In this document: in pieces, positions 25,922-40,343 of the stretch | Layout of the letters: each line of letters starts with the position of its first letter | Position numbering within the stretch: the first letter of the stretch is position 1 | Origin: Macrostomum lignano | Taxonomy: Eukaryota | NCBI GenBank assembly: GCA_002269645.1 | Contig: NIVC01000917.1 | Location: forward strand, 186,001 to 250,000 | Direction of reading: 5' to 3' | Length of the DNA: 64,000 bases | Translations under genes and position numbers: made by a program | Notes under the pieces: generated by a model | Told to the model about the DNA's origin: nothing | Database searches by the model: none | The model's input: only the letters and a program-made list of their open reading frames with translations

Positions 25922-28234
25922 TAGGAACTACTTAAGAAAATTAGCAGTAGTATGTAGCGCATGTTAAACATCAATATTTAATGAAATATATACTCAGTAA
26001 TATGTTAAAGTTTCCACCGAAACCGGTGGTCAAATTTTCCCAGAGCTCAGTCCCAAGTGACGCAATCCGCGGTTCGCGTCTCAACTGTGGGCGATGCAAT
26101 TTGCGTTACAAGGCCGCAGCTTAGACTGGTGGTGAGAGAGTGGAGATCTATGGCTCTTGGATTAAAGCGGCCACTTTTTAATGTACGGATTAACCCAGTT
26201 GATGCTTATTTCTGTGTCTAATTTGTACTTGTAGTTCTAAGTTGCTACGAGTATAACATGTACGGCTCGCATCTGGTACAAACTATCCTGCAATGGACTT
26301 TCATTCCAACTTGTACGTACACAATTCGAAATAGAATATGTAAATAAATCTATGCATGGAATCAGCCTGGCTGCCTCGCCGCTGTTTAAGAGTGAAAGAA
26401 AGGCTTCGGCCCTATAAGCCGACAGAGCACGATACGCGTCCTTGACTGCTCAGCTCGTTTCTCATCTGGCGCCTGGCTTTAGCTCCCTGGGGTCGTCAAG
26501 CTCAGCTTCAGCTCAGCCTGAACACTGCGCAGTAAATGAGCAGTTCAGCTCCCTGCTTACTGAGGACTCTGGTAGTTAGTCGGAGCAGATCCCATTTCGT
26601 GGGATATTTTAAAATTAGGACTAACTACTATGCAGAGAGCAGTTGTACTTGTCTAACAGAGTTGCTGACAACTAGGAGCGATGCCACTCAGAACAACAAA
26701 GCAACATACGGGTTGGGCAGGACTCCCCACCGCAACCATGCTCCAACTCTTTATCCTGTCCCCAATGAGTCATCGCTCATCAGCATTCTCCCATTTGGGA
26801 CCAGACAGTTTCAGGCCCGGCTGGCACGTGGGGATTTTTTACTTTGCTGGGAGATTTTATCGCTCTGCTCCTCAACTTCAGGCGCTTTCCGATCTCCCAC
26901 CCCCTCTGTCTGGAACTGGTCTTTGTTCCTTGTCCCCAGAAAATCCCCTACCCTCCACCCTGAGCACTACCCAGGTTTCTGCTGCCAACGCTGCATTGCC
27001 CTGTTCAAAGCCAAGAGTAGAAAAAAAACCGCATTTCATTGTGCTCAGACACTTTTTGCTAGCCCCTGCGCCGCCAAAATTAGACTAGCAAGCCCACTCG
27101 CTTCCCCCTTGGCTTTAGAGATCCCAGCGAGTCACAGCGGGGGCGTGGGTTCCCGACAAGGAGGCCAAACCCCCCTCATTTATAGACAACTTTAGGCTGG
27201 ACTGCAGTTTTAATAATTTTCTCATTTTTAAGACTTCTACAATTTTTTGTTCACGTTAATCCTTGACCGATTGACCGGATTAAGCTTACAAGCATCGGTC
27301 CAGCCTACAGTTGTCTGCAACTCCAGTTTCTGTTTCTAGGCCTCCTTGGTTCTGAGCACGGCCGCCTGGGAAGAGAGGGTCGGTCGGTTCCCCAGCCGCA
27401 TCAATGATTCATCCGCTGCGGCACACATGATGGGGATGGATGCTGGCTCTGTGTTATTGTTACTGCCGCAGCGCTCTCAGCCCTCTGCGACACATTAATG
27501 CAGGGCCGAACCACCCCGCCTCCTAGCCTCATCCCCTATCAGCCGTTGCGCATTTTGATCCTCACAAAATAGATATCTTTTTGTATTTGCTTTGATTCCT
27601 AGTTCGTACGTACCTGCATATGCAGTTAATTTCGTTCCAGTTCAATATGTGAGCCCACTAATACGCGGCAACAGTGGGACTGACTGTCTCAGCAATGCGT
27701 GCACTTCTGGTCGCTGGTACCATCTTTCTCACTAGTTCGGCCTTCTTATTGAGTTGAAATTGGACTCTGTCTCTCTCCCTCCTCTAGTATGTGCCGTGGC
27801 TAAGTCGAAATGTTCTAGTGCTCTCAAACAGTCTAGTGCGGGAGCTGCTGGCTCCATCGGTCACTTTCGCACCCCAATCCCATCTGTCTGCGCGTACTAT
27901 ATTTGCTACCCTAGTGAAGTTGACCTTGAGAATGCATTTCGGATGACTCAACACACTGGGGTTGGTTTTAGGACACCGCTGCAATCAAACTGCATCTCTG
28001 CTGCCCGCCCCCAAAACTGACTGTTTTGCTGTTGACAAATTGTCCGAAATGGCCGGCTATTATGAATGAAATGCTGATCATGAAGTGAAGTCCTGATTCT
28101 GTTGCAGAGCAGTGAGCAAATATTGCACTGCTTCATCCTGTTCTCGAATTGGATTGACTTTCTCCACTTTCTCAAACCGGTACCAGCCAAGAACACGGCT
28201 ATACCACCCCTAATAAATAGATATTCATAGCAAG

Positions 28235-28390
28235 GTTGTGGGCACCCTGGCGCAACGCCTTTTGGCGACACATGGTCCCGCAACCAGCGCTGACGGCAAT
28301 TCTGCCAATTCTGCCCATTCCTACAATCGCATACAAAAGCGCCAATACGCACTCATACTTGTGAATCGCAAGACGGCCAAATGAATGTGA
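28235..28390 (-). mobile_element. tRNA-derived SINE, family A, internally deleted copy
   Basis: CACCCTGGCGCA, CCAGCGCTGACGGCAATTCTGCC and GCCAAATGAATGT blocks shared with the other copies. Confidence 0.65.
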
Positions 28391-29919
28391 AGTTGAAAAA
28401 TTAGCCTCCTTGAAATGCCAGCATCAGCCACTCTAGCGAGTGAGATGCAGCAGTACAATGCTAGATTCGAAGGATTTTTAACTGTTTAAAAACAGGCAGG
28501 AACAGACAGCGGTTCCTGATTTGACTGCGGCTTCGAGAGTCCGTGTCAACACGGAAAGTCACGCAGCCGAGGCCAGTGTTTGGCCTCCCTTATTTCAGGG
28601 TGTCCCGGAGGCTGCAGTTCTCGGAAATTTGCAATTCTGTAAGTCCCTCTGCTGGAAATTGACGCTTACGAATTTCATGGCCAACCCGCCACCATCAAGT
28701 CCGCTGATTCTGTTGGACTGGCGGGGGTTGCTGCACACGAGGTCCCCGGCCTGCGGCTGACCTTGGCTGACTTGGGGCGGGTGAGGCTCTTAAAAGCCAG
28801 CTGCTAAGCCCGAATCCCCCCTAGCGACTTCTGGGAGGTCGGCGGTCGGCAGCTGACTTGGAATTGTCACTGAGGGGGGGGGCGAGCTGACAGCTGACAT
28901 TGGCGGTCCAGCGTGTGCAGCCATGAAGGGGATAGCTAAAAAAATTCTTTATCGTTTTGACTTCATTTTTTTCGTCCCGGTCTGTTGTGACTGCGCGTGT
29001 CGCTGCTGTGTGTGTTTTTACTCAGACTCCGGTTGCACAACACAATTTCGCGTGCCTTCGATGTTCAAATTTTGCCTGTCTCTGGCGGAGGTGCTGCGAT
29101 TTAAGGAAGCTCTGTTGGATTCTTTGGAGAGCGAACTCGTTATTGCGCATAGAATTTTGAGGGCTCCCCGAATGCTGCTGCTGCAGCTTGAGGAGCGGAT
29201 GGGAGAAGAGGCGGAAGGGGATGAAGCATTCAATTTCTTTTTCTTCTGCTCCCGCTGCCTCGCAGCTTGGCCCTTTCCTAACAGGGTTAGCCATTCGCTT
29301 GGGGATTTGAAAATCCCAATTGGGTCTTGGGAGGCGTATAGCGTAACTCCCCGCAGGCTATTGTATACTTTATAGCTATTGGCACGAGGTTGCGTCATAC
29401 TCTCTGGCCGCATTGAGAGAGAGATGGACAGGGCCTGGATGGCTGGCTGAAGTCACTTTGAATGCGATAATTTCTCATCTGCGCGGATTCTGAATAAATC
29501 TCGGGATATAGCTCGAGCTGGGGAATCCCAGCGAATATTGGATGAAGATCGAGGCATCTGTAGGCCGCTGAAAATTAGACCGGGGTGGGGGCGGGTTGGT
29601 GTTGAGCTGTCGGCAATTCTCTTAGCCTTGACAAGTTTCGAAATTGCTGAATTCATTTTTGTCCCAGTTGGGACAGCGGTCGCAATTCACTGCTGTCGCA
29701 AGCTATTAGGGTTGAGGGATTTCTCAACAGAACTTCGGCTGATGCGATTCCTGTCTCTCCATCTCAGTGCTAACTGCGGTCTGAAGTCTTCTCTATTGAG
29801 TTTTCACTGTTCTTTAGAAACAATACTGACCTTCATGCAACAAAGGACCTGAACTCGAATCCCTATGGCAAAAGAATCTGGTTTTACCTGCCGCTGCTAT
29901 TTGACTTATGAGGCTTATG

Positions 29920-30650
29920 AAATGTCGAGGCTTACGGGGGATTTCTGAGATGTCGAGGCTTACGGGGGGTTTCTGAGATGTCGAGGCTTACGGAGGATTT
30001 CTGAGATGTCGAGGCTTACGGGGGATTTCTGAGATGTCGAGGCTTACGGGGGATTTCTGAGATGTCGAGGCTTACGGGGGATTTCTGAGATGTCGAGGCT
30101 TACGGGGGATTTCTGAGATGTCGAGGCTTACGGGGGATTTCTGAGATGTCGAGGCTTACGGAGGATTTCTGAGATGTCGAGGCTTACGGAGGATTTCTGA
30201 GATGTCGAGGCTTACGGGGGATTTCTGAGATGTCGAGGCTTACGGGGGATTTCTGAGATGTCGAGGCTTACGGGGGATTTCTGAGATGTCGAAGCTTGTG
30301 GGGGGGAATTGCTGAGATGTCAAGGCTTACGGGGGATTTCTGAGATGTCGAGGCTTGCGGGGGGAATTGCTGAGATGTCAAGGCTTACGGGGGAATTGCT
30401 GAGATGTCAAGGCTTACGGGGGGAATTGCTGAGATGTCAAGGCTTACGGGGGGGATTGCTGAGATGTCAAGGCTTACGGGGGAATTGCTGAGATGTCAAG
30501 GCTTACGGGGGAATTGCTGAGATGTCAAGGCTTACGGGGGAATTGCTGAGATGTCAAGGCTTACGGGGGAATTGCTGAGATGTCAAGGCTTACGGGGGGG
30601 AATTGCTGAGATGTCAAGGCTTACGGGGGGAATTGCTGAGATGTCAAGGC
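29920..30650. repeat. 28-29-bp minisatellite (CTGAGATGTCGAGGCTTACGGGGGATTT), two variant domains
   Basis: Direct repetition, ~25 copies. Confidence 0.97.
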
Positions 30651-31767
30651 TGATAAGACAGAAGCTACATGTAGTGTATTAAAAAAATTTATTCCATTCT
30701 TTGTTGGCTCCCTAACAGAGGGCGCCGATTGCTAGCTTGAACTGAAATTCTCGTGACAGTACAGTATTAAAACTGGCAAGGCATCAAACTGAAGTTTGAC
30801 TTTCTAAAAAAAGTGCAAACCTTTATATTTAAAACATTTATCTTGATGATATTAAATGTTTACGATAATTTGTTTCAGTTTGAAGAATTGACTGCAGCTA
30901 TCAGATCCATGGCCAGTGCGTGCGAGCTTTGACTGAATTTTGTCAGCCTAGTCAATCATTTTAAGATCTTTCAAAGGGCCTGTGTATACAGCTTGCGTGG
31001 AACTTCATTCACTTATGAAATTAGAAGCAGGACGGGCAGCGGTTATCGCGACTGACTCTTCCGTGAAAATACTGAGAGGCCGAATACTGAATACTGAAGA
31101 TGTGAGTAGACCGGAAACTGACTCAGTCTCTGGGCCATGTCTTCCTTGCAGAGCACATGGCAACTGCTTACCTAAATAACCGTCTTAGATGGCCTGCATC
31201 ATCTATAATTGGCTATTTTAATCATTGGAGAACTGAATCAAGCATCCGTTAGTTGCACCACTGCGCCTGCTAGATCAGAGAACTCTCCGTGTTATTAATA
31301 TCAGCCTGCTGCAGTCCAGTAGAGGGGGGGCCCAAAAGAAACAAATCTTGCTGTGGGATGCTGGGATCCCACGGGAGTTTAGACGGAGAGTGGCGTAGAT
31401 GGAGAAGATGGAAAGGATCGGAGGCCGACAGAGAGCCCCGGGAGAGGTCAGTGCAAGTTGTTCCGCGTCAGAGGAGCGCCTGAGTCCAGGCTGATAAGAG
31501 GAGGTCAGTGCCGGGTCGATTGCTACGAGCGAGGGGAGGCAGCCCACAGATCAGAACAAAAATATTTCACTGGAGCCCGGGTCTGTAGTAAACAAACCTT
31601 TCTACAATTGGGTTGCTAATCCGCAACTTCTTCTGTCATTCCGCTAATCTGAGTTGCTTTGGTTGCAAGCCGGCAAGGATTAAGCAGTCGAGGGCACAGC
31701 AAAAATCTTTCTATTATTGAATGTACTAGCTATCGGTTTGAGTCGCTTTTATAGATCACAATTCCTA

Positions 31768-31985
31768 GTCAGTGTCTGAGGTAAGAGTCCGCTTCAGTGT
31801 GTGCGCACAGGCCTGAGTCTGAGTCAGTGTCTGAGGTAAGAGTCCGCTTCAGTGTGTGCGCACAGGCCTGAGTCTGAGTCAGTGTCTGAGGTAAGAGTCC
31901 GCTTCAGTGTGTGCGTACAGGCCTGAGTATGAGTCAGTGTCTGAGGTAAGAGTCCGCTTCAGTGTGTGCTCACAGGCCTGAGTCA
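31768..31985. repeat. 55-bp tandem repeat, 4 copies
   Basis: AGTCAGTGTCTGAGGTAAGAGTCCGCTTCAGTGTGTGCGCACAGGCCTGAGTCTG repeated. Confidence 0.95.
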
Positions 31986-33262
31986 GTTACTTGTTCATAT
32001 ATACTGGTAGAAAACAAAATTGGAAATGAAAAGGGATTAAGATTAACAGGGAAGCGATGGTAAATATTCGGTCAATATCCCACTTCCATGCATGACTATG
32101 CTATGCCTCTTCTCTAATAAGGAACAGGTTAATAATACTACTAAAGAAGCTCGTCATTCCTAATATATTACCAACCAGTTCAGCAGATTTGTCTAACTAA
32201 AAGCGGATCCAGCCAAATAAGCATGCGGATGCGCTGCTTCACCTGCAGACTGGAATCCCAGAAATTGAGATAAATTGGCCAAAAACACTAACCCAACCCC
32301 GGAGCTTTGTCGGCGCCTCAGCCTGTCCTTCAACTCCATCACCCTGTAGCTGGCAGTCCCCCGGTCAAAACTGGGGGATCCTCGCGGGACCCTGGCCGGC
32401 CTCTCAGCTCCTCTGCAGGCAGGCCAAGAGATCTTCCACGCTGTTCCGTGTCTGTTCATTTGTTTCCTCTTCATCATCGTGCAGGAAATAAGGAGGCTGG
32501 ATAACGGTAGGAAGCTGGAAGATATATTGCAGACGGCGTCATCACCTGTTCCGATCTCCTGGGAAGGTCCCGGGCTATGAATCACTCTGAGGAGTTGCAA
32601 GGTTTTTTCTGGCTATCCAAACCCGCGATTTCATAGAGCCGAAACCGAATCGCACGATACGACAGGGTCTGGCTTGTTAGCCCGCCTGTGTTGCTACGGA
32701 GTTGCCAGGGGGATATGCGATATACTAGGATGGAATCTTAGTGAAAAAAGGCACATGCAGAGAAAGAAGCTCTCGAGATAAAGCGAGTAGCGACCAACCG
32801 CTGGGAGGGAAGCGCTGGCGTGTTGAGGGCTGCCTGGGATTTCTCAGCGTGGCAGAACAAATAATTGGGGAAAGAAGCTGCTGATGAAAGAATCCACTTT
32901 GTCATCGCAAGGTTTCTGTGGGAAGAATCAGAGAAAGGATGACTTAATGACTTCACGTGGAGAAGAGGAAGGAAGCTGGTGCCCATTGCATCAGATTCAC
33001 CACCAATTTGAATAGCATAGGATGGGAGATTTATCCCAGAGATCCTGGAGCAAAATCCTACCAGGCAATTCCGGAAATCGCCACCTGCGAAGCCTCCAGG
33101 GGGACTGGCGTAGGGCCAAAATTGCGCGCATCTGTTTTGGAGCTGGTGAAACAAATCTGAATGGCGTGAAATACGAAATATAAAATATTAGGCCAGGTTT
33201 TAGCGAGAAACATACCTTTATGCTGCTTCTACGGAAGGCAGAGACAGACGTAAGAAAGAGAG

Positions 33263-33850
33263 TGGGAGAGCGATGGAGAGAGAGGGAGAGAGACAGAGAG
33301 ATGGAGAGAGAGGGAGAGAGACAGAGAGATTTGGAGAGAGAGAGAGAGAGACAGATCTGAAGAAAGATGGAGAGAGATGGAGAGAGAGGGAGAGAGAGGG
33401 AGAGAGAGGGAGAGAGAGGGAGAGAGAGGGAGAGAGATGGAGAGAGAGGGAGAGAGAGGGAGAGAGAGGGAGAGAGAGGGAGGGAGAGGGAGAGAGAGAG
33501 GGAGAGAGAGGGAGAGAGAGGGAGGGAGAGGGAGAGAGAGAGGGAGAGAGAGGGAGAGAGAGGGAGAGAGAGGGAGAGAGAGGGAGGGAGAGGGAGGGAG
33601 AGGGAGAGAGAGGGAGAGAGAGGGAGAGAGAGGGAGAGAGAGGGAGAGAGAGGGAGAGAGAGGGAGAGAGAGGGAGAGAGAGGGAGAGAGAGGGAGAGAG
33701 AGGGAGAGAGATGGAGAGAGATGGAGAGAAAGGCAGTGATGGTGAGAGAGGGTGAGAGATTGAGAAAGAGGGAGAGATGGAGAGAGAGGTGGAAACAGAG
33801 GGAGAGAGAGGGAGAGAGATTGAGAGAGAGGGTGAGAGAGGGAGAGAGAT
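33263..33850. repeat. Purine-rich (GGAGAGAGAG)n tract
   Basis: Direct repetition; source of the ERGRER and SLSLPLSP ORFs. Confidence 0.97.
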
Positions 33851-34464
33851 AAGGAAGGGAGGGGACAAACACCTGCTGAATAAAAAACATTCTGGAAGCG
33901 TAACACTTATTTAAGAGCATCAAGAACAGCCCCTGAATTATGAAACCCTGATAGAAAGTGCAGAACCCAGCAGTTATCCGTTCTAGCTGGTTGAATGGAA
34001 GCAAGCCAAAATGAAGGCCAACTTATAAGTTGAAGGGCTGAAAGCTGAAGGCTGACCAACTGAAATAGGAAAATGCAGCTTTGGCCAGAAGCGAAGCTAG
34101 AAAGTAAGAATTCCAGAATTCATCGCTTCTTTCTACAATTTCTTTTACCGGAGCCTCCCCATTAGCGTGGCTGCGCGGGCAGCAGAAGAAAGGCCAGCAA
34201 GGAGTGCGCGAAGAGGCTCTGGATGGAAGGAGATGCCTTGAAGAAAGTATTGCAGTAGGTTTTATATATCCTACTAGGGTTTACCGCCACGCTTTCGGTT
34301 ACTGAACCAAAGAGGTTTCGGAACCGAAATCTGGAGCGGCACTTTCTCCCTTTGCTCAACATTTCCCACTGGTGTAGACATTTTTCTGCTTTCAAACCTT
34401 CAGTCTATCAATCAAGTCTACCAAGCAGGCGGTTTAACAAACCCGTGCAATATTCCGATGGCCA

Positions 34465-34920
34465 CCGACGTCCACCGGCGTACCCAACGTACCCGGACGT
34501 ACCCGACGTACTCAACATACCCGGACGTACCCAACGTACCCGGACGTACCCGGACGTACCCGACGTACTCAACATACCCGGACGTACCCAACGTACCCGG
34601 ACGTACCCGGACGTACCCGACGTACTCAACATACCCGGACGTACCCAACGTACCCGGACGTACCCGGACGTACCCGACGTACTCAACATACCCGGACGTA
34701 CCCAACGTACTCAACATACCCGGACGTACCTAACGTACCCGGACGTACCCAACGTACCCGGACGTACCCGACGTACTCAACATACCCGGACGTACCCAAC
34801 GTACTCAACATACCCGGACGTACCCAACGTACCCGGACGTACCCAACGTACTCAACATACCCGGACGCACCCGACGTACCCAACGTACCCAACGTACCCA
34901 ACGTACACGACGTACCCAAC
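34465..34920. repeat. CpG-rich composite minisatellite built of CGTACC(C/G)-type subunits
   Basis: CGTACCCGGA / CGTACCCGA / CGTACTCAACATACCCGGA / CGTACCCAA subunits in a ~60-bp higher-order repeat. Confidence 0.95.
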
Positions 34921-36038
34921 GTCGATTAATAAATAGTTATTATTATATTGTTTTAGGCAAGCAAGATTTACTATACTTCCGCCACATCGTGTCTTGAATA
35001 CGATGGTTAGAAGAGTCGGTATTCCAGATTCTGGTTCAAGGTGTCCTTGACTGAAGCGAAGAGGTTTTGGAGCCGCCAGCTACAGGGCAGAAGTTTCAGG
35101 GAGAATTTTCAATTCCAAACGGCCCCCACAACCCTGGATAGTGAAAGGAGGCAGACAGTGAGGTAAGAGTGAAAAGGCAGATAAGGATTTCAGTTTCTAT
35201 TGCCACCTTCAACCCCAGCGCCCCACCCCAGTCTCCTGATAGCCGCCTCATCAGTATCACCTTGCCGATTGCCCCCCCCGTCATAATAATCTGGCTTTTT
35301 ATTAGCGGCTTGGCTTTGCCCCTTACGCTAGCAATCTTGATTTCCTCTATCCTGCCCCTCTTACCCAAGACTGGTGCCCCAAAATCTGCTGATCAATTTA
35401 TTCTGCTCGGATATCGGCCTCGCGGAACAAAGAGCTAAGCTACATTTATTATTACGATGCTCTTCCTCCTTGCGCCTTGGCTTTATTTCGGCTCGAGGAG
35501 TAAAACTAGCTTCCGCGATCCTCCTTTATTGATGTCTTTCCTGTCTGGCTATTCACTTTGTCCATGAAGCGTCCCTAGCTTCACTGTGATCAGCGAGTCA
35601 ATCCTACTCCAAGTATCGATTCAAAACTAACTTTTTAATAGGGAAACACTGAGGTGCCGTCCACTGTCTACAAGCATTTCCAATAGCCAATTTCTAGGCA
35701 AGCGGTGCGGACGGTATGCAGGCTTGCGGAGAAGTCTGAGACAGTCCAAGGGCCCGGTACAGCTATTACGTAAGGTCCCTCTCTCCTCCACGCCTGCCAC
35801 CTGATACATAAAAAATTAAGTGGCAAAGTGGATTTTCATAAAATAACGTCCGGGAACTGCTTGAGACATGCGACCTGTCAAATTTTGCTCCGCCCAGGCC
35901 TTGAGTTTTAGGTGCCTCTGCGTGCTGCATCAGATATCCGCTGAGACAGCGCCAGACTCATCGACAGAGACGGCGTGGTTTGCTGTGACGCCGATTCTTG
36001 TCGAATTTCGGTCAAAGTTGATTTCCGCTTCATAGATG

Positions 36039-36151
<113 letters not shown>

Positions 36152-36344
36152 GCTATGCTCGGCGGCTTGGGATTCACCAAGCTTTGTTAAAGGGGGCCTG
36201 AACTAGAATTTTGAGTGCCAGATCCTCAGCCTCATCAATTCTTTCTTTTTCACCTGTTTGTGATTTTTAAGACGATGCAGAAAAGCGCCTTTAATAGGTA
36301 GAATAAATAGCAGGAGGGTTGCATCATCCCACGATCAGTGTTAA

Positions 36345-36545
36345 GGGATACTGTACGCAGGCACGCACTCATAGACACGCTCACACAGGGTGTACATCGT
36401 CGTCGCTGACTTTCTAATCTTCAGATATGTACGAGTAGTCTCTGTGCCTTGGGCATGAATCACACGACAACCCGCCGGCCAATTTCTGTGCAAAATTTTC
36501 AAATACTCGTAAATGTGGCCGCGAACGGAATCGAACCAGGGGCCG
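36345..36545 (-). mobile_element. tRNA-derived SINE, family A copy
   Basis: CAGGCACGCACTCAT...CAGGGTGTACA...GAATCACACGACAACCC...GGAATCGAACC. Confidence 0.7.
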
Positions 36546-38139
36546 TGCTCCAGATTCTAGCCCCAGGTGTCCTTGGCTTCTCCTCCCAAACCCTGTCATT
36601 CATTGCGCATCGGACCAGCGCCGCTCATTAAGCTGCTCGCCCTCTGCTCTCTTTTTGTTCCATCGGCCACTGGGCAAAAGATTCTACACTGCATCGTTTT
36701 TTGCCCGTCCCGAATCGCTTTGACTCTTTGTGTGGCTTTTTCGAGGGCTTTTTCAGTTAGGGCCTTAGATTTTCCTTTTGCTCGAGTCACGAATGACTCG
36801 GCAAGGTAGAGAAAGGGAGTCGGAGAGAAGGGAGGCCGGACTGTGAGCACGGTTGGAATGCGACAAGGGCTTGATCCTTACAGTTGCCAATTTTATGGCC
36901 GCATTGGAGCGCCTCGCACAGGTGCGCATTATGAAATAACAAATTTTATTGTTTCTCGGTCTTCATGAACTCATAGAAGCGTTGTCCAAACTGGAACATT
37001 TGCTTTCTAGTGTCGGTTAATCTTCTAGCCATGAGAAACTGCTAGTCTCCTAAAGGAGGCTCTTGAATAAACTTCAAGAAGGCTGCGAACTTATCGTCAT
37101 GACGATCGGTTGCAGAAGCGGCAGAAACGAAGTCCAACTCCGAACTTCTCAAATGTTGGAAAGTTTCTCGCAGGGCAAATTGGAGTCTTTTCTCCAGTTT
37201 TTGCCATAGACAACTGCTTGACCAATGCATTCTATGGGACTGGCCATTGACATGAAATGTACGCATTGTCATTTTCTTCCCCGTTTGTTTCGGCCATAGA
37301 CAATTCAATCAATGGCCATATGGTCTCGAAATTCTCGCTTCATATTACGCTCATAACCTTCCATTATATGGAAGCTCTTGATGCCACCGCTTATAAAAGT
37401 GCGCGGCCAGTTCCAGTTCGAGGCGCTCTTAAACCGATACGCGCCTATATAAATGCCGAGCATCTCGCATGATCTCCTGTGGGACTTCTTCTATTGAAAT
37501 CTCGCACGCCAACTGACGCATGCAAGTTTGGCACATAAACATTTTCTCGAACCCCTCGGCCGGGTCTGCGGCATTCCTAGCGGATAATTGTCCGTAGGAA
37601 GTTAATCCCCTCCCCTAGCTGTTCGCGCTCCCCTTACCTACCGGATGTTGCCGATCGGGAGGAAAGATCGGCGAGCGGAGGAGACTGGCGGGCGGCATCT
37701 GGTCCGTCGTGTTTCGCGGAGATTCGAGCCGCTGAACGCCACATAACTGACGCGGTCAGAATTTCTTAGGCCGAAGGTGATGGAGAATAAAAGAGGCTGC
37801 ACCGTTGGGATTCCTAGGGAAGATTAATGGGTAAGAATCTGTCGGAATTCCTCAGATCAGACTTTGGGATTTGCCGGACTAGACTTAGGAGAGGCCAGGC
37901 TTGAAATTTCTACAACGCAAGGCAGGAGCGAGAGGAACATTTTTCCGTTTGAGTTTTTTCTGTTCCTCAGTCTTGTCCATTTTCTAGTCTAGCTGGTTTT
38001 CCGCAATCCCTTAATATGCTGCACGTACAAGGGCCTGTCATGCAGCCTTCGCATTGACTTGTAGATGAACATAATGGTTTGCAGTGGCCCAGTGGGTTCT
38101 AGATTGTACAACAGCTTCAGAGCCCGTGGTGACTACACT

Positions 38140-38712
38140 CTCCTCACCGATCCTAGAATGTACACTCTCCTCACCGGTCCTAGAAAGTACACTCTCCTCA
38201 CCGGTTATAGAATGTACACTCTCCTCACCGGTCCTAGAATGTGCACTCTCCTCACCGGTCCTAGAATGTGCACTCTCCTCACCGGTCCTAGAAAGTACAC
38301 TCTCCTCACCGGTTATAGAATGTACACTCTCCTCACCGGTCCTAGAATGTGCACTCTCCTCACCGGTCCTAGAATGTGCACTCTCCTCACCGGTCCTAGA
38401 AAGTACACTCGCCTCACCGGTCCTAGAATGTACACTCGCCTAACCGGTCCTAGAAAGTACACTCGCCTAACCGGTCCTAGAATGTACACTCTCCTCACCG
38501 GTCCCAAAATGTACACTCTCCTCACCGGTCCTAAAATTTACACTCTCATCACCGGTCCTAGAATGTACACTCTCCTCACAGGTCCTAGAATGTACACTCG
38601 CCTAACCGGTCCTAGAAAGTACACTCGCCTAACCGGTCCTAGAATGTACACTCTCCTCACAGGTCCTAGAATGTACACTCTCCTCACAGGTTATAGAATG
38701 TACACTCGCCCA
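38140..38712. repeat. 27-bp minisatellite (TACACTCTCCTCACCGGTCCTAGAATG), ~21 copies
   Basis: Direct repetition; source of the MYTLLTGPR ORF. Confidence 0.96.
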
Positions 38713-40343
38713 AAGCCTAGAATGGTGAATAGAACAGACTAGCTGCAATATAAACTAACCCAATATTAGTGTGAACAACACCCGTGTGAAGTAATCTGTA
38801 AACAATTCTCTTAGTGTGTTGCGCACCGCCAATCGAAAATAGCACCTGCAGGCTACAGTCAGTGTTAGTGAAATATCCCGACTGTGTACCATTTTTTCAG
38901 CTGGCAAAAAAGATACAAACAAGAGAGAGAGCACGTCTGTAAGAAGGTTCACAATGTATGGAAAATCTCACGCATATTCGTGTGCAGGAATACTTTTTCT
39001 TGCTAATATATTACTTTGTTCTGTACAATCAATATAGATCAACTGCATTACAAATTCCAATGCAATAACAGTCAGTAGCAACTTTAAAGCTACAAGTAGG
39101 ACGCGTAAAAAATTACAATTTACAAAGTTTTGTCATCAAAATATATCAATCAAAACTTGGAGGAGGGGACAGACTCGCTAGAGTTTTCGTGAATTCATTC
39201 TTTTAAACGGGCAAGACCAGACCAAAGGAGGTGCACACGTCAGCCTAGTTAGTGTGCAAATTGAACAACTTTAAGCGTATGACAGATGAGGCTTGTTTAG
39301 GGAGACTTTGGTAACTCCAGACTGTGGTTAACCGTTAAGACAGACGGACAGGTCACAAGTCCAGGTATTAATTAAACAAACAGGATGGAAGGGGGTCATA
39401 TATAAGCAATACTTCAAAGCTGATGCAAGAGCTGCATCGGGGCAGAGGCAAGCAAAACGAAACACAGGCTTGGTGACAGGACGCGAATAGAAGCAAAGGT
39501 GAGCGAACTGGCGAACTTGAACAATTCTCGCGCACAGCAATCAAGATTTTGATGAAAGCGACTCCAGGGTAGCGGGGCGGAGGGGCGTCAACACAATAAC
39601 AAAAATTCCAAAAACTAAACGGTTGGAAAAATAATAACAAAAAAGCGGCCCCAGCGCGTTTTGTTTCTAAGAAAAACGACAGAGAGCAGACTATTTATAG
39701 AAGCAAGAATTAGGCAAGCCAACTGCGCAAACGGAAAGGAAAATTGAAAAGTTATATAAAGACTCGCTGCCTCTGCTGGCGGACAGGCATCAGTCAATCA
39801 ACCTGCTAAGATACTGCGGGACAGAGACTAACTTTCTTACTAGTCATTGTTCCATCTAAGCGCCGTTGATAGGCGCGATGGGTCCTGAAGCTGAGCGAAA
39901 AAGGCACGATAGGCATCCCGGAGGGAGGCGGATCATTAAAGATGCATGGATTGATGGGAGCTCTTGCTGGTTTGAAGAACTGCCCCCCCCCACTGCTTCT
40001 CCGGAGGACCAGCTGATTCTTATCTGGCGCAGACTGGGGATGCTGGAGACATTTTTCACTTCCCCATCGCGGTGGGAACCCAAATCAATAAGCGAGACCT
40101 CTGCTGATGGGTAGGCAGGAGTTCAAGCTGTCTCTGCTTCTGAATGAAAGTTTTGCCAGTCCGAAAGCACAGCAGAAGCAATCGATACAAAAAGCGTCTT
40201 TGTAACAACAAAGCTGACCAAAGTTAACAATTCTGAAATACGAATACACTGTAGAATCTAAATCAGGCTGTTCGATCGGGCAAGACTACAAGCATGAATG
40301 AGAAAACTCAAGTCGAGCCAATGCACAATCAGTGGGAACGCTG

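Noticed and set aside
35096-35809. EMLVDSG motif suggesting a decayed Gypsy aspartic protease
   Set aside because: Single short motif with stops around it and no adjacent gag or RT motifs recognised.
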